Shown here piece by piece: positions 20,890 to 33,761 of a stretch of DNA of 64,000 nucleotides. Origin of the DNA: Mayamaea pseudoterrestris. Lineage: Eukaryota. Every line of letters starts with the position of its first letter. Position 1 is the stretch's first letter. The DNA lies in the NCBI GenBank assembly GCA_027923505.1, contig BROI01000014.1, positions 558,001 through 622,000 of the forward strand. Reading direction: 5' to 3'. Position numbers and translations under genes: made by a program. The notes under the pieces are model-generated. The model ran no database searches, was not told the origin of the DNA, and saw only the letters and a program-made list of their open reading frames with translations.

Positions 20890-21540
20890 CTATTTTTCAC
20901 TTGTTTCGCGTCGTCGCACCTCACCGCGTCTATCGCCAAAGCAGTCGGCAACGTAGGCTTGTTCCGCCAATGTCAAGTCCTCCCATGACACTCCCTTTTG
21001 CTTTTTAATCTCCTTATAGTCAATCAGTATCTGTTTCTTGTCCTCATCATTCAGTGGCGACTTTTCAATGGCGTCCTTCCAGCACCTAATGTGAAACGCA
21101 TGCTGACGAATCTTGTGCTGCTGATTGGGCCTGCCGCCGCATAAAAGCTTGACCAACGCCTCGTCGGGTGCGTTGCTGCAGTAGTGACACGTCTTTGCCG
21201 CCTCGCACAAGTGTGATTGTTCGGAAACTCGAACGTAGGATAATCCGCAACCACCCGCGTGACAGTACATGACCATGGGATGCGATCCATACAAGGGAAT
21301 GACTGGAAGAGCGAGTGGATTTCCTCCATATTTAATGCCCCATCGAGGAGCTCCTTGTGGAATTGTTTTGCCACAGTCGACGCAAGTTGCTCGCGATGAA
21401 GGAGCAAGGTTGGCTTGAATGGCGTCGGGATGAATGTTGCGAAGCGTGGGGTCGAGTCGTTCCAATTGTATGGACGACAACTGTTTCTGCTTCTTTTCGG
21501 TCGGAGCCAAAGTTGTTGCACTATTGGCTCGCTTTGGCAT
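20890..21540 (-). CDS. PARP-type zinc finger plus PHD/RING-like finger protein
   Basis: APSSRATCVDCGKTIPQGAPRWG...YCHAGGC (zf-PARP); CHYC...LLCGG...HAFHIRC. Confidence 0.75.
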   Translation of the reverse strand: MPKRANSATTLAPTEKKQKQLSSIQLERLDPTLRNIHPDAIQANLAPSSRATCVDCGKTIPQGAPRWGIKYGGNPLALPVIPLYGSHPMVMYCHAGGCGLSYVRVSEQSHLCEAAKTCHYCSNAPDEALVKLLCGGRPNQQHKIRQHAFHIRCWKDAIEKSPLNDEDKKQILIDYKEIKKQKGVSWEDLTLAEQAYVADCFGDRRGEVRRRETSEK

Positions 21541-21892
21541 GGCGCAGGGAGGTGCAAACGATTTTAGAAAAGAGAAATGGACAGTGTGATGGTTCGGGTG
21601 TCGGTAATTTCACACATTCTGAGCTTTGTGACCTTAGACAGCAGCGACGTCAGCCATCGCTTGCCTTAACAGTCCAAGTTGACTTCTTATCCGCCAAATT
21701 GCATATTGCACGCAGTACTGTATGTCGTTTAATCCTTTCATTGATGGCTATAATTATCTTGCTTTGCTCTCATGTATGTAATGTCTGCTACTATACCCGT
21801 CGGCATCTCATAAATTGGCTGAGCAGTATAGCTACGATTCGCCAAGTCTTCAAGTAAAAATGTTCATTGCGTGCCTATAGTTCCTTTTATAC

Positions 21893-22567
21893 CTAATATC
21901 CAACTGGTCCAAACGGCAAGCGATTGCCAGGAAGATAGTCTCGCTGGACGCCTTCGGATGTGACAACCACTGTTCGAACAACTCCACCCGAACTTCCGTC
22001 GCGCGCCATGGCGTGGCTCACCGACTTTTTAACCAACACCAGCGTTTCTTCCTTTGTCATGTCTGCCTTGTAGGAGGAGTCGATCAAGCCAAAAATGTAC
22101 ATGGATCCAGATCCGCCTACTGCAAACGGAACCTTCATGCAGGTTCCTCCCTGCGCCACTTGATAGACAGCTCCACCTTCCTGCGGACTCCATCCCGCAA
22201 CAATGAGACCAGCACTCAAATTGTCTTTGTTGTCATAAACCAAGTTCGCCATGAGATGCGCCGCAACAGACACACGCGGCGGACGACCCGTCTCTAGCGT
22301 ATGCTGCTGCAGGTAGTACTTGACGTAATCCGTCAGCGCCTGGCAGTCGGCGGCGCTACCGGAGCGGCACGCGAAAATATGTTCGGAGAGTTGCGCAATC
22401 TTGTCGGACACGCGATTCGCAACGTACGTTCCAGTGGAGACGCGCGAGTCGCTTCCCAAAACGACGCCGCCGGCAAAGGGAATGGCCATGATGGTGGTTC
22501 CAGTCATGAGCTCGGCGCTCTTGTTGGGAAGCAATGACACGTGCGCGTCAGCATATAATGATGTCAT
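21893..22567 (-). CDS. PSMB6: 20S proteasome subunit beta1 (beta type-6)
   Basis: MTG|TTIMA catalytic Thr after the propeptide; GSDSRVSTGTYVANRVSDKI, CRSGSAADCQA, GGSGS, AMARDGSSGGVVR. Confidence 0.95.
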   Translation of the reverse strand: MTSLYADAHVSLLPNKSAELMTGTTIMAIPFAGGVVLGSDSRVSTGTYVANRVSDKIAQLSEHIFACRSGSAADCQALTDYVKYYLQQHTLETGRPPRVSVAAHLMANLVYDNKDNLSAGLIVAGWSPQEGGAVYQVAQGGTCMKVPFAVGGSGSMYIFGLIDSSYKADMTKEETLVLVKKSVSHAMARDGSSGGVVRTVVVTSEGVQRDYLPGNRLPFGPVGY

Positions 22568-22873
22568 GGTCACTGAGAGCTGAAATGTATAAATTAAGGA
22601 GGCAGTAGTTCAGGATGCTGCAAGCCTTGATGAATGATGTGCAATATGACGAGATGCACTTCACCATGGCGGCCAGCGCGGATGCGCAAAGATCTGTGCG
22701 ATCGAAGGCCAGACACCAAATATCGTACCGGTACCGCTAGCTGCCTACGTTGATGTCGCTGAGGTACTCGTAGGAGAGGCGCGCGCGATCGCCGATCGTC
22801 ATGCTCGCTGCTTCCAAGACTTCCATTTCGGTTGGACGTCCCTCGTTTCCAGTCGCCTTCCACCAAAGAAACC

Positions 22874-25834
22874 ATGAGTCAAGTCAACGACACAGACTAC
22901 CTTGCTCTATCATTTAACAGTTTTGAAAGCCTTCAGACTAAACTGCTGCTTATGCCACGAGACGATGAGACTGGCTTGGGAGCAATTGTTACGGCTAAAG
23001 ATTGCGCCGTTCAAAACCACGCATTGGTTGGCATGGTGGATCAACAAACAGACTTTTACGAGCTAGAATTTTGTCAAATACTGTCAGTGATACGGCAGGC
23101 CAATGCCCCATTTACTTGTCGGTTCGCCCCACTACCAGCCGCAGTGGCTGCAGCGATCCAGCATTCCGGTGACGCTACAACACAGGAGCAGGAGGAGGAA
23201 AAGAAGGATGACTCTTCCGTTAAACACGACGCAAAGCCAGATTTCAGACAGGAGCACAATGGCGAAGTTACGAACCATGAATCGATAGAAGCTCAAGTCT
23301 CAAAAACGTCAGCTGTGGACCAGTTGAGTGACAATAATCCGGATACGCCTGCTGCTATTGCATCAAAAAAGGACGATTGTTCCATTATAACCAAAAGTTC
23401 GTCAGACGATTCTCACAACGATTCAAACCACAAGATGCAACTATCGTCGCCTACTTGGAGCGACTTGCAAAAGTGGACGACGCGCATGACCAAGACCTCC
23501 ATGGAGTTTTCCACAGTGGCGGCATCCACGGCCGTTCAGATGGCCATGGCGGCCAAGGAGCGAGCGGCAACTGCTAGCAATGGTAATCATACACAATCTG
23601 CCGAGAGCGCCAAGACGATGAATGAGGAACAGGCCCTTCCGGTCAACATATTCATCCATACGAGCTCTGGTGCATGGTTGCCCTTGCCAAAGACGGAAAC
23701 AAATGGAGCGACCGGGGAGCTGGTCTTGACCAATTCATCAGTGATTTCCGTCCGATTTTCAGCAACAGAGCCATGCTTGAGTCGAAACTTTTCCTTCCAG
23801 TGGTATTGCTCGTGTAACAACTCGGATCAGAAATGGCAAATTTTAAAAGGCGCAACGAATGCTTCCTTCCAACCTTGCGCAACGGAAGTAGGTCATCGGC
23901 TGCGATGTGCAGTCCAGGCCAAGGACAAGGGGGAGACGGTATCCGTTAAAGACCCCGAGGCTGAAGGTGACATTAAAATATATTACTGCGAGACGATCGG
24001 TCGTGTTTTGGCATCGGAGCAACTTTTCAATGGAGCAAGACAAGCATTGGTACGAGGGACAAGCTTTGGAGGGCTAGTTGGCAAGGATAAGGCAACTGGC
24101 CGATCATTCTCTATCAAGATTCAGACGAAAAAATATAAGGATGAAAAGGGTAACAAAGCATCTTGCAGTGCTATCACGATCTATCAGGTCTCTGGAAAGA
24201 CGGCCGAGCCTATGCATCCGGAAAATGAACCAGTTACTGGAGTCATGGCCTGCGTGGACTATTCTACTCCCAAGGAATTTAAGCTAGTGTTTGCGAACGG
24301 CATTCCTCAGTCTGCATCAATGGTTGCGGCACTTGCCACTGACAATCAACTGACTTTGCAATCGTCGACTCGCCTTGGACGTGAGAGCTTATTGCTGACG
24401 CTTGGAATTGCCAATTTTCCGGGTAAGCAGAGCGAACTTGGCCCAACTACAATGCTGTATGATTGTCCCAGCAGAGATCCCGCTCCAATTTTACTGCAAT
24501 ACTCGTATGACTCTACTGTCGAGGGTGATGTGGATTGCGCTTCACACGGCACCGGCTCAACATGCACTTCGCCGATGGATCCTTTACGCTTGGGAAGTCC
24601 TGAGCGCAAAAACAGGTCGTCGCCTTGTCCATCATTGTCAACGGTTCACTCAAAGTCCAGCACAAGTCGAACGCAGGAGCGCTCAAACTCGTTGGGTTCA
24701 ATGTCGATTTTATCGGACAGTGACGACTCGACGCGGACGGGTGAACTGGAGCAAGAAGTCGTATTGCTGCGTGAGAAACTGGACCGCAAGAACAAGGTAG
24801 TGGGTGATCTCCAGCGTCAATTGGCACAGTCGGAAGCCTTGTCGGCAAAGAAAGAGGAGCAAGTACAAATTTCTGCCAGGTCCCTTCAGCAGAGTGAAAA
24901 TGATAAGCAAAGTCTGACACAGTCACTTCGGCTTGCTGAGAAGAAAGTTGTCACGTTGCAGGAAAGTGTCAAAATAATGCAAGAGAAGCATCATCAGAAA
25001 GTGGAAGCGGTGGAAGCAATATCAGCCGAAAAGTCTGCAAAAATCCTAGAATTGGAGAAAACAATACGGACGCTGCAAAACGACAAGGCGGTGCTCTCGG
25101 CAGGTATCGAAGCACGAGAGGGCAAGCTGGCCCGAATGGACGAGCTACAGCGATCCTATTTAGAAATGACAAGCAAGATACGCCACGAAGAAGTACTTCG
25201 AGTGGAGATTGAAGCTGCGAGTCGTCGTTGTAACGAAACTATTGATGAGCTGGAACAAGTTAAAAAGGCATTGGTCGAGAAAGAATCTGAAGTCGAAAGA
25301 TTGACGAATAAAACGTGCCAGTTCTCCAGTGAACTTGAGCATGAGCGAAAAAAGACAGCATCTCATCATGCTGATATTGAAACGTTACAACTTCGCATTC
25401 AAAAGCTCGTTGCTGAGCGAAATAACTACAAGCAAAAAGGCGACAGTCTATCGAAGGAAATGAGCCGAATATGTCGCAATGGAAGGTCCATTCGGGACGT
25501 CGAAAGGATATTGATTGATGAAGCATCTCTTCGCCAAGAGGTCGTGTTACTTCGCGAACAGAAGCGGCGAGCGCTCGAAGATTTAGATCATTATCGGACC
25601 TCCTACGAGCAATCCCGATCGGCTCAGCAAATGGCTGGATTTGATGCTGACACGGTGAATGTCTTAGAACGAAATGCCGAATTAGAAAGATTGCTGGCCG
25701 AGCTTACAGAATATGTGCAAGCCAAAGAAATGCAGCTAGAAACCTTGATGCAAGTAAACGCCGCAATCCAAAAAGAGCTAAAAGATTTGACAAAGTCAAC
25801 AATGAGCAAGAATTTGAGTAGACACGATGTGTAA
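22874..25834 (+). CDS. Large protein with Ig-like (AIR9/A9-type) domain and long C-terminal coiled coil
   Basis: FSFQWY...WQILKGATNASFQPCATEVGHRLRCAV Ig-like motif; ~350-aa heptad-rich C-terminus; possible degenerate PDZ at the N-terminus. Confidence 0.75.
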   Translation: MSQVNDTDYLALSFNSFESLQTKLLLMPRDDETGLGAIVTAKDCAVQNHALVGMVDQQTDFYELEFCQILSVIRQANAPFTCRFAPLPAAVAAAIQHSGDATTQEQEEEKKDDSSVKHDAKPDFRQEHNGEVTNHESIEAQVSKTSAVDQLSDNNPDTPAAIASKKDDCSIITKSSSDDSHNDSNHKMQLSSPTWSDLQKWTTRMTKTSMEFSTVAASTAVQMAMAAKERAATASNGNHTQSAESAKTMNEEQALPVNIFIHTSSGAWLPLPKTETNGATGELVLTNSSVISVRFSATEPCLSRNFSFQWYCSCNNSDQKWQILKGATNASFQPCATEVGHRLRCAVQAKDKGETVSVKDPEAEGDIKIYYCETIGRVLASEQLFNGARQALVRGTSFGGLVGKDKATGRSFSIKIQTKKYKDEKGNKASCSAITIYQVSGKTAEPMHPENEPVTGVMACVDYSTPKEFKLVFANGIPQSASMVAALATDNQLTLQSSTRLGRESLLLTLGIANFPGKQSELGPTTMLYDCPSRDPAPILLQYSYDSTVEGDVDCASHGTGSTCTSPMDPLRLGSPERKNRSSPCPSLSTVHSKSSTSRTQERSNSLGSMSILSDSDDSTRTGELEQEVVLLREKLDRKNKVVGDLQRQLAQSEALSAKKEEQVQISARSLQQSENDKQSLTQSLRLAEKKVVTLQESVKIMQEKHHQKVEAVEAISAEKSAKILELEKTIRTLQNDKAVLSAGIEAREGKLARMDELQRSYLEMTSKIRHEEVLRVEIEAASRRCNETIDELEQVKKALVEKESEVERLTNKTCQFSSELEHERKKTASHHADIETLQLRIQKLVAERNNYKQKGDSLSKEMSRICRNGRSIRDVERILIDEASLRQEVVLLREQKRRALEDLDHYRTSYEQSRSAQQMAGFDADTVNVLERNAELERLLAELTEYVQAKEMQLETLMQVNAAIQKELKDLTKSTMSKNLSRHDV

Positions 25835-26068
25835 GAAAATTTTCAGTTGTGTTTTTCATGAATAAACTGCCATCAGCGTATATCTATCGCTATATTTTGG
25901 TGAATGTAAGAATATGATGTAGCGTCGGCGGGAAAGCGTGGCGCTTTCATGCCACCGTCGTACGAACGACATACGTAGAAATACCTAGCGCAACCATGGG
26001 AGGAAACTTATCATGCAAATAAGTGCATGAACTATGATCTTGATGAACGTTACAATTCGCATTTACAA

Positions 26069-27790
26069 CTAAATCATCCCTTGTCTCACCGAAGCAAGAG
26101 CAATGGCCATGATTTCGTCAGCGTCAAGCTTCAATTCGCCGAAACGCTTTGGCTTTGGACGAGCAAGGTTTGCCACCCAGTTGCTGATAAAGGCCCTGTC
26201 CTCCTCGTACTTGGTGCTTCGTTGAGCTTCGTGGCCATCGCATAACACCTTTTGCTGTTGACTTTGCGCTGTAATTTCCGCATCTGTGAGAAACCAATCC
26301 TCATCCTGAATCGCTGGTTCCTCGACTGGTTGAGCAGTGTTGACCTTGCGTGGCTTTGCCTTGCGCATTGTATCTGTATCTTTACGCGACGCGGTAACAT
26401 TCGCATTTGATTCTGATACGACATCACCCCATGGTGTTGCTCCATCATCCGAAAAGAATGGCTGCAGTGCATCAGCATCGTCATCATCCTGGCTGCTTGA
26501 GCGAAACAGAGGCTGCAACTTGCTACGATCCGGAGCCGGTGCCAAAGATGTGACTCCACCAGCAGAGTTCAAAAAGCCTCCTCCAACCACTCGAAACGCA
26601 TGAGGATCCTCTCCGGCAAAGCCTTGCTCCGCGAACACGTGAGGGTTCCCATCATACTCAATCTTGCGTCCAAGCAATTGCTCATTGACTCGAAACATGT
26701 CTTCCTCGCTCCAGCCACCAACATCTCCCACGTTGGCTAAACCTGATTCTGTCAAATCATTCTCAGATCGCACTTTGATACGGCTACTATTGCGACTCCC
26801 CTTCTTGCGGCTCTGATCGCGTGAGGGTGTCTTGTTTTGCTTCTCCGTTGGTGTCTTGTCACGCTTCTTGCTGGCACTACCATTATCCTTGCCAAAAAGC
26901 TTAACGTACTTGGAAGGATGATTCCTTTTGATCCACCGCTTGAGCTGACTGACAAAGGGAATGACAGCGTACGTTCTGCTCGGTAAATTGTCCACGTCAT
27001 GCCACCCTACACTGGCAACTTCCTTGCGAGCCACGGGCGCAAACGGAAAGTCGTTTGGGACGCCGCAGCAAACGTAGCTCGTGCGTCGCTTGCCATCCGC
27101 TTCCTGAAAGACCAAGGCATCCGCCTCCGTTGGCATCTTCCAAGTCAACTTGTTGTTGTTTGCCTTGGATTCCTTCCACTCGGCCGTGAGTCCATAGGTG
27201 CATAGTGGATCAAACCCCGTCTCCTCGTACGTTTCTCGCGCGGCAGCTTCCAATCCATCTTCGCCTTGATTAATCTTTCCCGCTGGAAATGTGTAAGTCT
27301 TGGAGTTCCAAACTTGACAGAGGATAACGCGCGAGCAATCCTGAGACAATAGAATGCATCCATAGTTGGAAATCTTTCTCTTGTAATTGGAAAACTCTTG
27401 CCACATGGCATTGAATCGACTCGGATCCGGAAGAAGTGGACTAAATCCAAACAATTGCTGCGCAAACGGCTTGAGGTTTGCAAATCGCGGCAAGCTGCAG
27501 TTAGCATCGGGATCGCAGATCCAATCCTCGTAAAACCACCAAGCTTGCTCGAGCTGAAAAAAGATGCGGTCCGACGACTGAAGCTCCGAGTCGGGTAAAT
27601 TGAGAATGAAGCGAGTGTGAACGTCCTCGAGGGCTTCCAGGTACGCAGGGTTCGTATACTTGTTCTGATGTGGAGAATTGTTGATAGCCGCTTTCGCTGG
27701 TGGAGGTGTCATCACCATGTCATCCGATGTGGCGCTAGCCGTCGAAGACTCTGCGACGGAATCTTTACGAACATATGCAGACTGAGACAT
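26069..27790 (-). CDS. DCP2: mRNA decapping enzyme subunit 2 (Nudix)
   Basis: Box A LEDVHTRFILNLP..EL...RIFFQLEQAWWFYEDW; Nudix box FPAGKINQGEDGLEAAARETYEETG. Confidence 0.93.
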   Translation of the reverse strand: MSQSAYVRKDSVAESSTASATSDDMVMTPPPAKAAINNSPHQNKYTNPAYLEALEDVHTRFILNLPDSELQSSDRIFFQLEQAWWFYEDWICDPDANCSLPRFANLKPFAQQLFGFSPLLPDPSRFNAMWQEFSNYKRKISNYGCILLSQDCSRVILCQVWNSKTYTFPAGKINQGEDGLEAAARETYEETGFDPLCTYGLTAEWKESKANNNKLTWKMPTEADALVFQEADGKRRTSYVCCGVPNDFPFAPVARKEVASVGWHDVDNLPSRTYAVIPFVSQLKRWIKRNHPSKYVKLFGKDNGSASKKRDKTPTEKQNKTPSRDQSRKKGSRNSSRIKVRSENDLTESGLANVGDVGGWSEEDMFRVNEQLLGRKIEYDGNPHVFAEQGFAGEDPHAFRVVGGGFLNSAGGVTSLAPAPDRSKLQPLFRSSSQDDDDADALQPFFSDDGATPWGDVVSESNANVTASRKDTDTMRKAKPRKVNTAQPVEEPAIQDEDWFLTDAEITAQSQQQKVLCDGHEAQRSTKYEEDRAFISNWVANLARPKPKRFGELKLDADEIMAIALASVRQGMI

Positions 27791-28075
27791 TACGCTTGCT
27801 TTGCTAGTCTGTCTATATATCCTTGGTCTCGCGGGGATAGGTTTGCTGTGAATCGCCGTATATATGCGGATGGAGAGTCGATCGTCGTCGTCAAAGGAGT
27901 GGAACGCTGTCGCAACGGCAACCGATGCGACATGTAAATTGACGACGGATGATGAAGGCGTGAGCGTTTCATTTTCAGCAAATCCTCCTCGACACTGCTC
28001 CTGCATCTTATACCTGCGTTTGCTTCAGCTACTCCAGTCGTACATATAACATCCATCATGCCGAGCTAGCTCATC

Positions 28076-31000
28076 ATGCCGCCCAAAAATGCGCAAAAAG
28101 ACGAGAAACAGTCAAGCCGTGGGCATGTCGCCGAGTACTTTGCCATTCTCGGTGTCGGCGAGCAATTGGTTTGGAAGCACCGACAAAAGCAAAGCAGCGG
28201 TAATTCTGACCAGCATGAAACAGACGATAATGATGAAGAGGAGGACCTTTTATTAGAGGAGCGATTTATGAGAGAAATTGTTGACGTTGCTGTGATACGC
28301 ATTCCAGAAGGAGATGCGTTCTTTGACCACGAATGGAACGTTCTATCCAATGCCGACAAATCTACTGCTTTGCAATCTAATGCTGACGACTTTCCAGCTG
28401 TAACACCCAATACAACGGATTTCAGTCATGAATCCAAACATTTGCTGTCTTCTCCGTCGTACTCGGAGGCTACTACGTCGGTAAATCCATCGGTTCATCT
28501 GCCTCCAAATCGAAGCTCCTGCGTCGTTCGATATCATGGTTGGGAGCTGCTGCATCGGACTCTCCCGGCAGGGCGGACTGGCTATTGGACGGATGAAAGC
28601 ATGCAAACGAGTCGAAACCAGAAACAACATGACAATCTGCTATGGTCCAAGGCTCAAACCTGGGAAGCCAATATTGATTGGGCAGATGGACTTCGCGGAA
28701 AGCTTCTGGAGCAAGTTCAGCGAGTCGTGAAACCAACGCTACCTCATTTGAATGTCAACAAGATTGTTCGAAAAGTGGAATCCACCTTTCGCAACTTGCG
28801 GCATCGAAAAGAGACATCAGATGCAGCCGAGCATTACTACTTGGCCTACAAGCGACGACGAGTCGAAAATCGCAATCAACCGGCAATAGTCGACGTTCAG
28901 CTACTGTACATGCGCATGCATAAATCGTGTCTCAAGCAGCCGCTACAGAATAACGTGCCGGCAAGTAAGCGGCAAAGCAACATGCATGCTTCAAAGTCTG
29001 CAGCGGCAGCATTGATTCCAAACCTTGCTGGACAATTTTTGGAAAGGTATCAGTCGCAAATGAAGCATCCAATCCAAAATGATGGAGAGGAAGAGGCTGT
29101 GAAACTTATACCCGTTCAAGACTATCTGCAGCTACCCGACGGCTATGACGAATGGGCGATTCCGGACGAATTCTTGTACACGCGCGATCCCAATTCACTG
29201 ATTTTGCCGCAGCCGTCACCAACGTCGAGCAGCGCTGGCGCTAGCAAAACTCGAACGGTTGTCTTACTAGAAAACAATGATTTATATTCTCAACGAAAAT
29301 CTCATATTTGCAACCAGGACGACCAAGACTCGCAGCATGGTTCCGAGTCTGACATTGCTGCCGCCAGTAGTGGATCAGGATTTGGAGTTGAGGTTGATAT
29401 CCTTAGCAGCCAGTCCGGGTCCATGAACGCGGACGCGCTTTTCCCCAAAATTATTTCGAACCAAGCCATGACGGCTACTGCGTTTAATGGCGATGACGAC
29501 GATGGTCAATTCTATATAGTCCCCGTATTGGCAGTTCAGCGACAGCGCGTCGATGATGAGGAGCGATTTCACGAAACGGATTCGGCCATTGTCGAGCTCG
29601 CTGTATCCTTTGCCGACCAGAAAGGGGAGGCTGTACTACCTTTAGATGGGAGTGATGACGACGAAGACGATGGGGAGGACAACGATGGTGTATTTAACGT
29701 TTTGCGCAAAACAATGTGGCGCGTCGCTCAGCGTGACACCGCTCGTGAAGGTGCGAGACCTATGTCAATTGGTTCACCTGTAATATTAGCCAGGCGAAAT
29801 GTTCCATACGGCTTTGCTGACGTTGCCTTCGCGACGCGGGTTCTTGGGCGATTTCCGTATAAAAACTACAAGGATTTTCCATTGCCGGAAGAGGAACTGC
29901 CAATGTTTTGCTATCCGACTGGATGCCGGCTACACCGAGCTCGCTTCTCTGACGCACCATTGGCGGAGTGCTATGGATTTGTAGTAAAAAATGAACGTGG
30001 AGACAGCATATATATTTCCTGCGTGTCTTTCATGGAACCATTGACGAGCCAGAAAGTGAAGCAGTTGAACGACATGTCCAGGAAGCGCAGTCGAACGTCC
30101 CTCGCTCATCGCGCTTTTTGTCATGATCGCGAAAAGAGACAATTTAAGAGTTTTGATGTCGATGGAACAGGTAGTGAGGCATCTACTGAGGTCGATAGTG
30201 GTTTTCTGCTGACTGGTTTTGATGACATGACAACCTTTGAGAAAAAGACCATCTGTTTGGTGAGTCGCTTTCCTTTCTGGACTGCGTTTCGAAAGTTTCT
30301 CGCCCATTTGCACATACTTACAAATTCAACGAGCAGCATTCCGTTGGAACGCTATATTTCACATCTGCTGTTGTCAGTACCTGTCCCAAAAGCTGGTGGA
30401 CCATCCGTCCTCGTGCCCCTTCCAGCGCTGAATGATCCATTACTTTTGTACATGCCTCCCGAGAAGGATTTCCCTTTGGTGGACCTGCCGTTTCAAAGAC
30501 TCTTTGCCTGCTTGGACATAAAAACTATTGTGACGGTGGTTCTTGGGCTTCTTACTTTGGAACATAAAGTGATAGTAATGTCATCACGGCCTTCGCTTGT
30601 CCTCGATGTGTGTGAACTGCTGCGAGCACTCATGTTCCCTTTCGATTTATGCGCACCATACGTTCCTCGCTTGACCGAGCCCTTCAAAAGTTCTCTGGAA
30701 TTTCCCGGTGCGCTCTTTGTTGGTATCCATCGAGATGGGACAGAGAACGGTCTTGCCGAAGCAGTCCGTCGCTCACCTCCAGATGACAGCATCATTATCA
30801 ATCTTGACTCTGGCGAACTAGCCGGTGACGGAGACCGACACGAAATTGTTTCGGCCATATGGGACATGATTCCAGCGGGTGCCAGATCTATGCTTGTTTC
30901 GGAGCTAGAAACACTTTGTGAAGACGCAGATATCATCGATGGACAAGAACCACTAGATTCACAATACGATTCTGCGTTTGACGTGGCCCTTTCAGCTGCA

Positions 31001-33732
31001 GTCGACGATATGGGCGTGACCTCTTCCGAAATCTCAGAGCCTTTAGATGATAGAGCCGTTCGCGACGTGTTTCTCCGATTCTTCTGCTATATTCTTGGTG
31101 GGTACGAAAGATTTTTACTTGTCCCGGATGCAGACTTCTTGGTTAGCGGGGACGACTGGTTTAATGCGCAAGGATTTGTTGCTTCAGCCTCCGTTGAAAA
31201 GAGAGCATACTTGACAGCGTTGGTCGGGACACAATTATTTCAGTCGTTTATCCAAAGGCGCACAGAGGCGAGCGACGTTCACTGCATGCTCTTTGACGAG
31301 TCTCTGGCAGAGTTTCATTCATCGACCGTCCCCTACGGGCGACTTGGAGGCGATGTGGAGTCCGTATTCTCGGACGAGAAGCCTCGCGTTATGTTTAGTC
31401 TCTTGGTCGACCAGTCGGCAGCCCTTCCTCTTACAGATCCATTAATGTTAACTATGGACCAAAGTATGGACGCAAGCGAGGCGGAGAGCAGCTTAAATAT
31501 GTCCCGAGCATCTGGCTTTGGAGATTGTCCTTACTCAGTCCAGCATGGTGAGTGGGCGGTGAACGCAGGCGGAGATTTTGTCACTGCCCCTTCGCGGCAG
31601 AATCTTCCTAATGGAGCTCGATTTGCTTATTGCATCGACGGGAATCCATGTTTTCCTCACAAATTCCAATCGAGACTGTTTCTCCCACTTGAACCGGATT
31701 CATGGGTCATCGAGACAGCACGGGCTGCAAATCCATTGCTCGCCAGGACAGAGCGCGAACTTGAAGAAGGGGCGCGCAGAAGGAGAGCGGCAACATCTCA
31801 CCGTGGAATGCAGAGGCAACGAAGATGCTTGTGGCAGCTACCAAAGTTGATGGGATCACATTTTCTGGGTGCATGGCTAATGTGCATTCCTGTCCAGGTG
31901 TCGCAAAAGCAGCTGTCAAATGATCAACAATCACGATTTTTGATGAGGGCTCTGGGCGCGCTGCGTCTTTTTCGCAGCAGACAGCGTATAGTACCGGACG
32001 AAGCCGCATACCGAGCATTAATGGTTGCGTGTGGGCGTACCCAAAGTGATCGAGGTCCTGAACTGATGAAGTTGTTTGGATTACTTCGGTCGGATGGCAT
32101 CTTCCCAAGCGCAGTTACTCTTGGGCAGTACACAAAGGCTCTTGCGGAAGGTTATTCAAAACGGCAAGATTCCAGTTCCCAAGACGACGCCGGTAGTATC
32201 GAGGTAACAGAGTCGTCAAGCAAGGTTGGGGCCACAGCGATGTCGCCTGTCGCGGGTGGCCGGTTACCACAGGACACGGAAGCGACACTTTCAGCACTTG
32301 ATGCTACTCTATTACACCTTGAAACGCACGGTCGTCGCTGGCGGCAGCGCTTAAATGCCCGTCAAGACGCAGAGAACGGCGAGTCCGATCGGAGAGCTGG
32401 TAATGTTAGCAGAGGATGGCTGCCTGTTGTGTATTCAACATCCATTGTTCCAATGACCCCAGATAACAAGAACCACTCCAATGAAATGCGTCTCATATCC
32501 ATGTGGTCTCGAACACGAGGCTGCTCGAGCTGTAAATACATTCCCTTGGAGGAGGAGGTGATGGCAGGATGGGACGTTGTTGGCGGAGAGACGGAAATTC
32601 CTGGCGCTGTTGCATGTCCGCGCTGCGATTCGCTAATTGTGCCCATGCTTGGCTATAAGGAGATGACGCTTGGTGAGGCGCTATCTACCGGGGCCTCTGT
32701 TGATGAGAACCTTGATTGCAGTGTCGCTGATTTTGGTGCGCTTCCGCCACAGATTACACCGACCGTGAATCCGCAAAGCGAGGATGCTAAATACATCGCG
32801 TATATTAGTCCAGCATCCCTTCGACTCGCATTAGAGCACTACGTTGATGAATACGGAGAAGATGTGCTTGTGCGGGACCGTTTGAAAGCGCTCGACCCCG
32901 AGATATTCTACAATTTCTGGTGGATGTGCGCGCGATTCTCTTTACCACTCCCGCTTCCGGTCGCCTGCCACAACGACAAATTTCCCCATCATTGCATTCT
33001 CTTCGCGGCATGGGATCATATCATTGCTGAGAGAGGCTGCAAAAGTGCCGCCAAAGTATTGAAGCCACTTTTGGAACACTGCCCTGACCAACCGTTCGAC
33101 GAAGATCTTCCACTGGACGCCTTTGACGAGGTTCCATTTCTGTCGCGATTTAATTTACAAGGCTTCTTTTCTACGGTTTGGGATCATATAGACTTGTCTC
33201 AAATACTTGTTAAGCTAGTCGAAGCGTGCGACAAAAGGGATTTCACGCCCATTGGTATGTGATGTGTCGACATTTGTTGTGGTGGAGCTCGGCAGGAGTT
33301 TTTACTAACGCTTCTTTATTTGATTACATAGTCGACGCTGTGTTGAGCTGCAATAGACGAAGGCTGGCTTTGTACAGTCCTCAATCGGACGATGATATCA
33401 GCGATGTTTGTTCAGGGGCCGACCTGCCAATGCTTGGCGACTCGAATGAACTCTCCCCATCGATCGAGCTAGATGTCTATCGAACAATCCTTTACTTGGC
33501 AAAGTACCAGTGTACGACGGCGTTTCACTCCTTCTTCCCAGCGACTGTAAAACCATGCAAAGGATACCATTTCTGGTGTGCGATAGGCACGCCGCTGCCC
33601 ATGTTTGATCGTCTTATTCGCGATGGTGTCAAGAAAGCCAACAGCAGTAAAGAGCATGGCGTTGTAGCTCACACTCAAGCGATTTCCGATGTGGCATTGG
33701 GCTTCCGCTGTGTTTTTGGGCATTTGATTTAA
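28076..33732 (+). CDS. DENN-domain Rab GEF, DENND4-like (uDENN/DENN/dDENN, PPR, C-terminal Cys region); intron 33255-33331
   Basis: VAEYFAILG; RFPYKNYKDFPLPEEELPMFCYPTG; KTICLVSRFPFW; TQLFQSFIQRR; PPR PDEAAYRALMVACG; intron GTATGT..TACTAAC..TAG joins ORF 33226-33732 in frame. Confidence 0.9.
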
Positions 33733-33761
33733 CAGGTTAGCGTAGACAACTAAAATGTACA